Part shown: positions 59,530 to 64,000 of the stretch, one piece after another
How the letters are laid out: each line of letters starts with the position of its first letter
Position numbering within the stretch: the first letter of the stretch is position 1
Assembly (NCBI GenBank): GCA_013239625.1
Contig: MU054049.1
Span: 1,739,892 to 1,803,891 of the forward strand
Length of the DNA: 64,000 nucleotides
Source: Lama guanicoe
Taxonomy: Eukaryota
Direction: 5' to 3'
Notes under the pieces: model-generated
Told to the model about the DNA's origin: nothing
Database searches by the model: none
Seen by the model: the letters and a program-made list of their open reading frames with translations, nothing else
Program-made: the position numbers and the translations under genes

Positions 59530-60420
59530 ATAGAATTTAGAATTTAAATAATACAGAGGATATAGAGCAAGATGTGAAAAACTCCTTTCCACATGCCCCA
59601 GCTTCACATTTGTCTTCCTCTAAAGTAACTACTAGCCACAGGCTGGTGAATGTCTTTCACGAAATTGTCTACGTATTTACCTAAGTCTGCTTGTACAAAT
59701 ACATACAAAAATAAAAAGTGCATCCACCAGACTATAGTTCTGCAAGTTGCTTCCTTTTTTCCCTTGTCATGAAGATCTTTATTTTCATCTCAGTACACAA
59801 AGGATCACTTCATTCTTCTTAATGGGTACATTGTATTCATTGTAGGGGTCTATAATGATTGTATTTAACTTCTTTCCCATTAAACAGTTATTTACAACAG
59901 AAAAAAAAAGCCCTTCTACATATATTCTTTAGCACATGTGCAACTATTTTGGTAACACTGATTCCTAGAAGAAGTTTAATGCTGGGTTAATGGAAATGGG
60001 TGTTTTAAATTTTAATAGCTACTGTCTTCAGTAAGACCATTCCAGTGTATGTGTCCCCATTAACATTTGAGTTTCCCCTGTCTTACATCCTTGCCAAGAC
60101 TTGTTATTGTTAGTTTTTTTAATTTGTGCTAATCTGATAGATGAAAAAAAAACTCATTTAATTTGTATAAAACTGATAAGTGCAGTTGAGAATCTTTTTA
60201 TATGTTTATTTTGTATTTCTTTTAGGTGAATTGCCTATTCATATTCTTTGTTCATTTTTCTATTGGGTTATTTTTATTTTTCTTATTGATTCATCTAAAC
60301 TCTGTATATATTCTGGGTAAGAATAATTGGTATGTTATAAATGCTGAAAATACGTATTTCTCCCACTCTGTCACTTGTCTTTTAACTTTGTTTACAGAGG
60401 CTTTAGCCATATGGTAATTA
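59530..60420 (-). mobile_element. Old L1 (L1ME-like) fragment
   Basis: gtgaattgcctattcatattctttgttcatttttctattggg. Confidence 0.7.
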
Positions 60421-60425
60421 ACGCT

Positions 60426-60818
60426 TGTCATGGGCTGAATTGCATTTCCTGCCACCAAATTTAGAGGCTGAAGTTCTAACCCCCAGAACTCAGAATGTAA
60501 TCATATTTGGAGATAAGGTCTTAAAATGAGAAGTTAAAATGAGGTCATTAGAGAGGACCTCATAAGAAACACTTATAAGAAGAGATGTTTGGACGCAGAC
60601 ATCTTCACACGTGGAGGTAAGACTGTATGAAAACAGAGGGAGAAGGCAGCCATCTGCAAGCCAAGAAGAGAGGCCTCATGAGGAATCAAACTTGGTGGCA
60701 CCTTGATCTTAGACTTCTGGCCTCCAGAACTGTGAGAAAATTAATTTCTATTCTTTAAGGCCCTCCTCCTCTCCCAGTGTGTGGCACTTTGCTGTGGTGG
60801 CCTGAGCAAATGAACACA
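60426..60818 (+). mobile_element. MaLR MLT1B-like solo LTR
   Basis: tgtcatgggctgaattg...atttggagataagg...gccatctgcaagccaag...ttctggcctccagaactgtgagaaa...aacaca. Confidence 0.88.
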
Positions 60819-61645
60819 GTGCTCTTGCTGGAAGCTCCATTCCTTAATTTGAGAACTACTCGGGACTCCAGAGTTTTCCCTCAACTCCAGCTTCTCTTGG
60901 GTCAGGGCTCCTTCCATCCCCAGGCTGGGTAGGGTTGGCCCCATTTTACCCCCTCAGGCATCTCCCTGCTTAAGCCTGTTTACTATTGACAGTACATTTC
61001 TTTTGTTCTTCTCCTCCCCCAGCTCATTATATTATAATTTTGAAGAGTCATATCAAAGGGGCAGATCATCACCCAGAGGCAAATACTGTTAGCTCTGGGG
61101 CAGATTTTATCCTCATTTTAAAAGATACATCTTTTACAAACAGTTGCAATAATACATTATTTACTTAACAGAAAAACGTAAGCATTTCTCATGTTTTAAA
61201 AATATTTATAAACCTGGTTTTAATGACTGCAAGTGCATAATGATATATTTTCTTGGGTGTTTTCTCCAGTACAATTGAAAAAAAATTCCAACACAAGTGA
61301 TTCTCCGTCTGTAGCCTCTGACCAGACTTCACACTGTTTGCTTTGTTACCTCTATGATTATTGCTCCCAGAGAGTGCCAGGTTATGTGCTAAACAGTTTA
61401 CAGGTGCCATCTCATTTACTCTTTACAACATTTAAGAGATGAGGAAAATGCCACTTGCAGAGGTCACTTACAGATGTAGATGGAGGCAGAGTGACGCTCT
61501 GTGTATCAATAAAGAAATATCGGAGTAGAACTCTGAGACTCCCAGCTCCAGTCCCAACACTCATTTAACGGGGCTAGAAGCTAAGCACTTGTTGAGGTTT
61601 TGATATTTGCACGGGGTCACAGAACACAGCCAGATGCAGAAAACT

Positions 61646-62322
61646 TGTTATTGAAAAACTGGGTTCGCCTCTTGGTGGGTGTTGAGTCAAAAGACACAAC
61701 CAAACCAAAGAGAAAGGGAAAGAAGAATGTTACTATTTGCAACAAGTACGGAGAACACCAGGGATATTTCCCAAAATAGTGTCTCCTGGAACAGCAAAAT
61801 GGGGGAAGTTTTAAACCAAGGGTTCATGCATATTCATGAAGGGGCTTGAGCCAAGGAGAATTCAGCACAGAATTGAGGCAAAAGTTAACAGAGTCCAGGC
61901 TCTAGCTAACTGAAGTCATGAGGGTCAGCAAAGGGCAACATTGTTGTTCCTGAGGCTCTCGTTGGTCTGGTGGTTGATTGCTTGAGGGGGGCTGGATTCT
62001 TGGATCCTGCAAAATAGCTCAAGAATGTGATTCAGGGTCATCTTTCCCTTTGAAACAGAACAGGGAGTCTTTATAACTGATTTAGGGTCTCTGACATGGT
62101 TAATTTCCCAGTTTGGTCATAGCTGTTTGTTCTTAGATTCTTGGGTCCTTTAAAGTTCCTTCATTAAATATCAGGACCCATTCTTCTGCAAAGGTGAGTA
62201 TTGTGGCCAGGGTTGGATCACAAAATGGCTTAGTCCTAAAATGGCTTCTCTTATGTCGAGAAAGCTATGCCTTGTTCTCTTCCTCCAGGGACCCCTTACC
62301 CTATCTAGCTTCTGCCTCTTCA
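61646..62322 (-). mobile_element. Probable ERV1 solo LTR
   Basis: TGTTA...TTCA ends; LTR-like composition; family not identified. Confidence 0.6.
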
Positions 62323-62649
62323 CCCTGGCTCCTCCCATGCCCCAGCCTGACTTCTCACCTGCTTCACACCCTCTCCTAGAGAGGGCACAATCCAGGAGGC
62401 CGTGGCTCCCATAGACTTCTCCAGATAAGTGCTCCAGGGAAGTTCAACTTCCAACCCTCTTAAACTCTCTCCTTTTGGGCTTGGTGGGTGGTGATCTATG
62501 GATGAAAACTTCATTAATTCAGGTCCCAATGGCTTAGAGTCAGTCTATGATCATTCATTCTCAAGATATGTTCATATTAACCTTAACAATCTATGTTCAT
62601 GATTGTTTTAAAGCAAACATTAAAATCAGTAATAAGGAAAAGGGACACT

Positions 62650-63880
62650 TTAAATTAAACTTCTTATTTTGAGATAATGGTAGGTTCACTTGCACTTGTG
62701 AGAAATAACACAGAGAGTTCCTGTGTGCTCTTTAACCAGTTCCCTCCTGTGGTAACATCTTGCAAACCTATGGTTCAATATCATAATCAGGGTAGCGACA
62801 TTCTATATATAGAACATTTCTATCACCACGAGAATCCCTCATGCTGTCCTTTCACAGCCATATTTTTTAAAAATTTTAGCCATTCTGATAAGTATGGAGG
62901 GACATCTCATTATGTTTTATTTTGCATTTCTCTGACAGCTAATGAACAACTTTTCATGTGCTTGTTTGCCATCTGTGTATCTTGTTCAGTGAAATGTTTC
63001 TGCATGTCTTTTAGCCCCTTTCTAATTGGATTGCTTTTTTTTAAACTGTTGAGTTTGAGAGTTCTTTATATAGTCTAAGTGCTAGTCCTTGGTCTTCTGT
63101 GGTTTGTAAATACTTTCTCCTAATCTAGAGCTTCATCCTCTTAATAGGGTCTCTCACTGAGCTAGAGTTTTTAATTCTGATGAAGTCCAATTTATCAATT
63201 TTCCATTTTATACCTGGTGCTATGGTTTCCAGTGGAAGAATTTTATGCTTAGCCCTAGATCTTGAATATTTTCTCCTCTATTTTTTTTAAGTTTTCTAGT
63301 TTTACTTTTTATATTTAAGCCTATCATCCATTTTGAGTTAGTTTTTGTATAAGGGGTGAAACCATTTTGAGGTTCATTTTTTAAAAAATTTTTATTGAAG
63401 TATAGTTGATTTACAATGTTAGTCTCAGGTGTACAGCAAAGTGATTCAGTCATACATATACCTACATGTATGTATTGTCTTTTCAGATTCTTTTCCATTA
63501 TATGTTATTACAAGAAATTGAGTATAGTTCCCTGTGCTATACAATAGGTCCTTATTGTTTAACTATTTTATATATAGTAATGTGTGTCTGTTAATTCCAG
63601 ACTCCAAATTTATCCCTCCCTGCTCTTTCCCTTTTGGTAACCATAGCTTGTTTTCTATGTCTGTGAGTCTGTTTTTGGTGTGTAAATAGAATTTGTATAA
63701 TTTTTTTCTAGATTCCACATATAGGTGATATGATATTTGTCTTTCTCTGTCTGACTTACTTCATTCAATATGATAATCTCTAGGTCCATCTCTGTTGCTG
63801 CAAATGACATTATTTCATCCTTTTTATGACTGAGTAATATTCTGTTGTATAAATATACCACAACTTCTTCAAAATGGATT

Positions 63881-63911
<31 letters not shown>

Positions 63912-64000
63912 CTTTTTTTTTTTTTTGGTATTTTTTTTTGCCTGCAGTTGCCCAATTGTTCCACACCAATTGTTGAAAAGACTATCCTTCCTCCATTTAA
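62650..64000 (-). mobile_element. Old L1 with a younger L1 3' end (about 63378-63870) and (TA)n inserted
   Basis: tttattgaagtatagttgatttacaatgtt...ctagattccacatataggtgata; old ORF2 text on both sides. Confidence 0.85.

Overview
Mammalian genomic DNA, most likely from a camelid: it carries seven tRNA-Ala-derived SINEs of the Vic-1 type and young artiodactyl-type L1 3' ends. Two genes converge. (1) C10orf53 (UPF0728), + strand: the last two coding exons are at 1056-1175 and 1987-2051, and exon 1 lies upstream of the window. (2) OGDHL (2-oxoglutarate dehydrogenase E1-like), - strand, complete: 22 coding exons from ATG 53087 to TAG 30552. All introns are GT-AG with matching phases, and the exons sum to 3033 nt = 1010 aa + stop. 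A probable non-coding exon 1 lies in a CpG island at about 56.2-56.8 kb and an AATAAA is at 29815-29820. The rest is repeat-rich intergenic or intronic DNA (L1, L2, MIR, MaLR/ERVL/ERV1 LTRs, MER2/MER58) with three N gaps. Nearly all ORFs in the six-frame track are spurious or are exon read-throughs. I found no convincing new biological system. The best leads are regulatory or evolutionary: an LTR-derived segment resembling the human C10orf53 alternative last exon but with a shifted acceptor, a divergent pair of MER41-like LTRs with GAS motifs, a solo LTR with an intact octamer/CCAAT promoter, a CLEAR palindrome in the OGDHL promoter, and a weak start context for OGDHL. Repeat family names and comparisons with human sequences come from recall, not from database searches.
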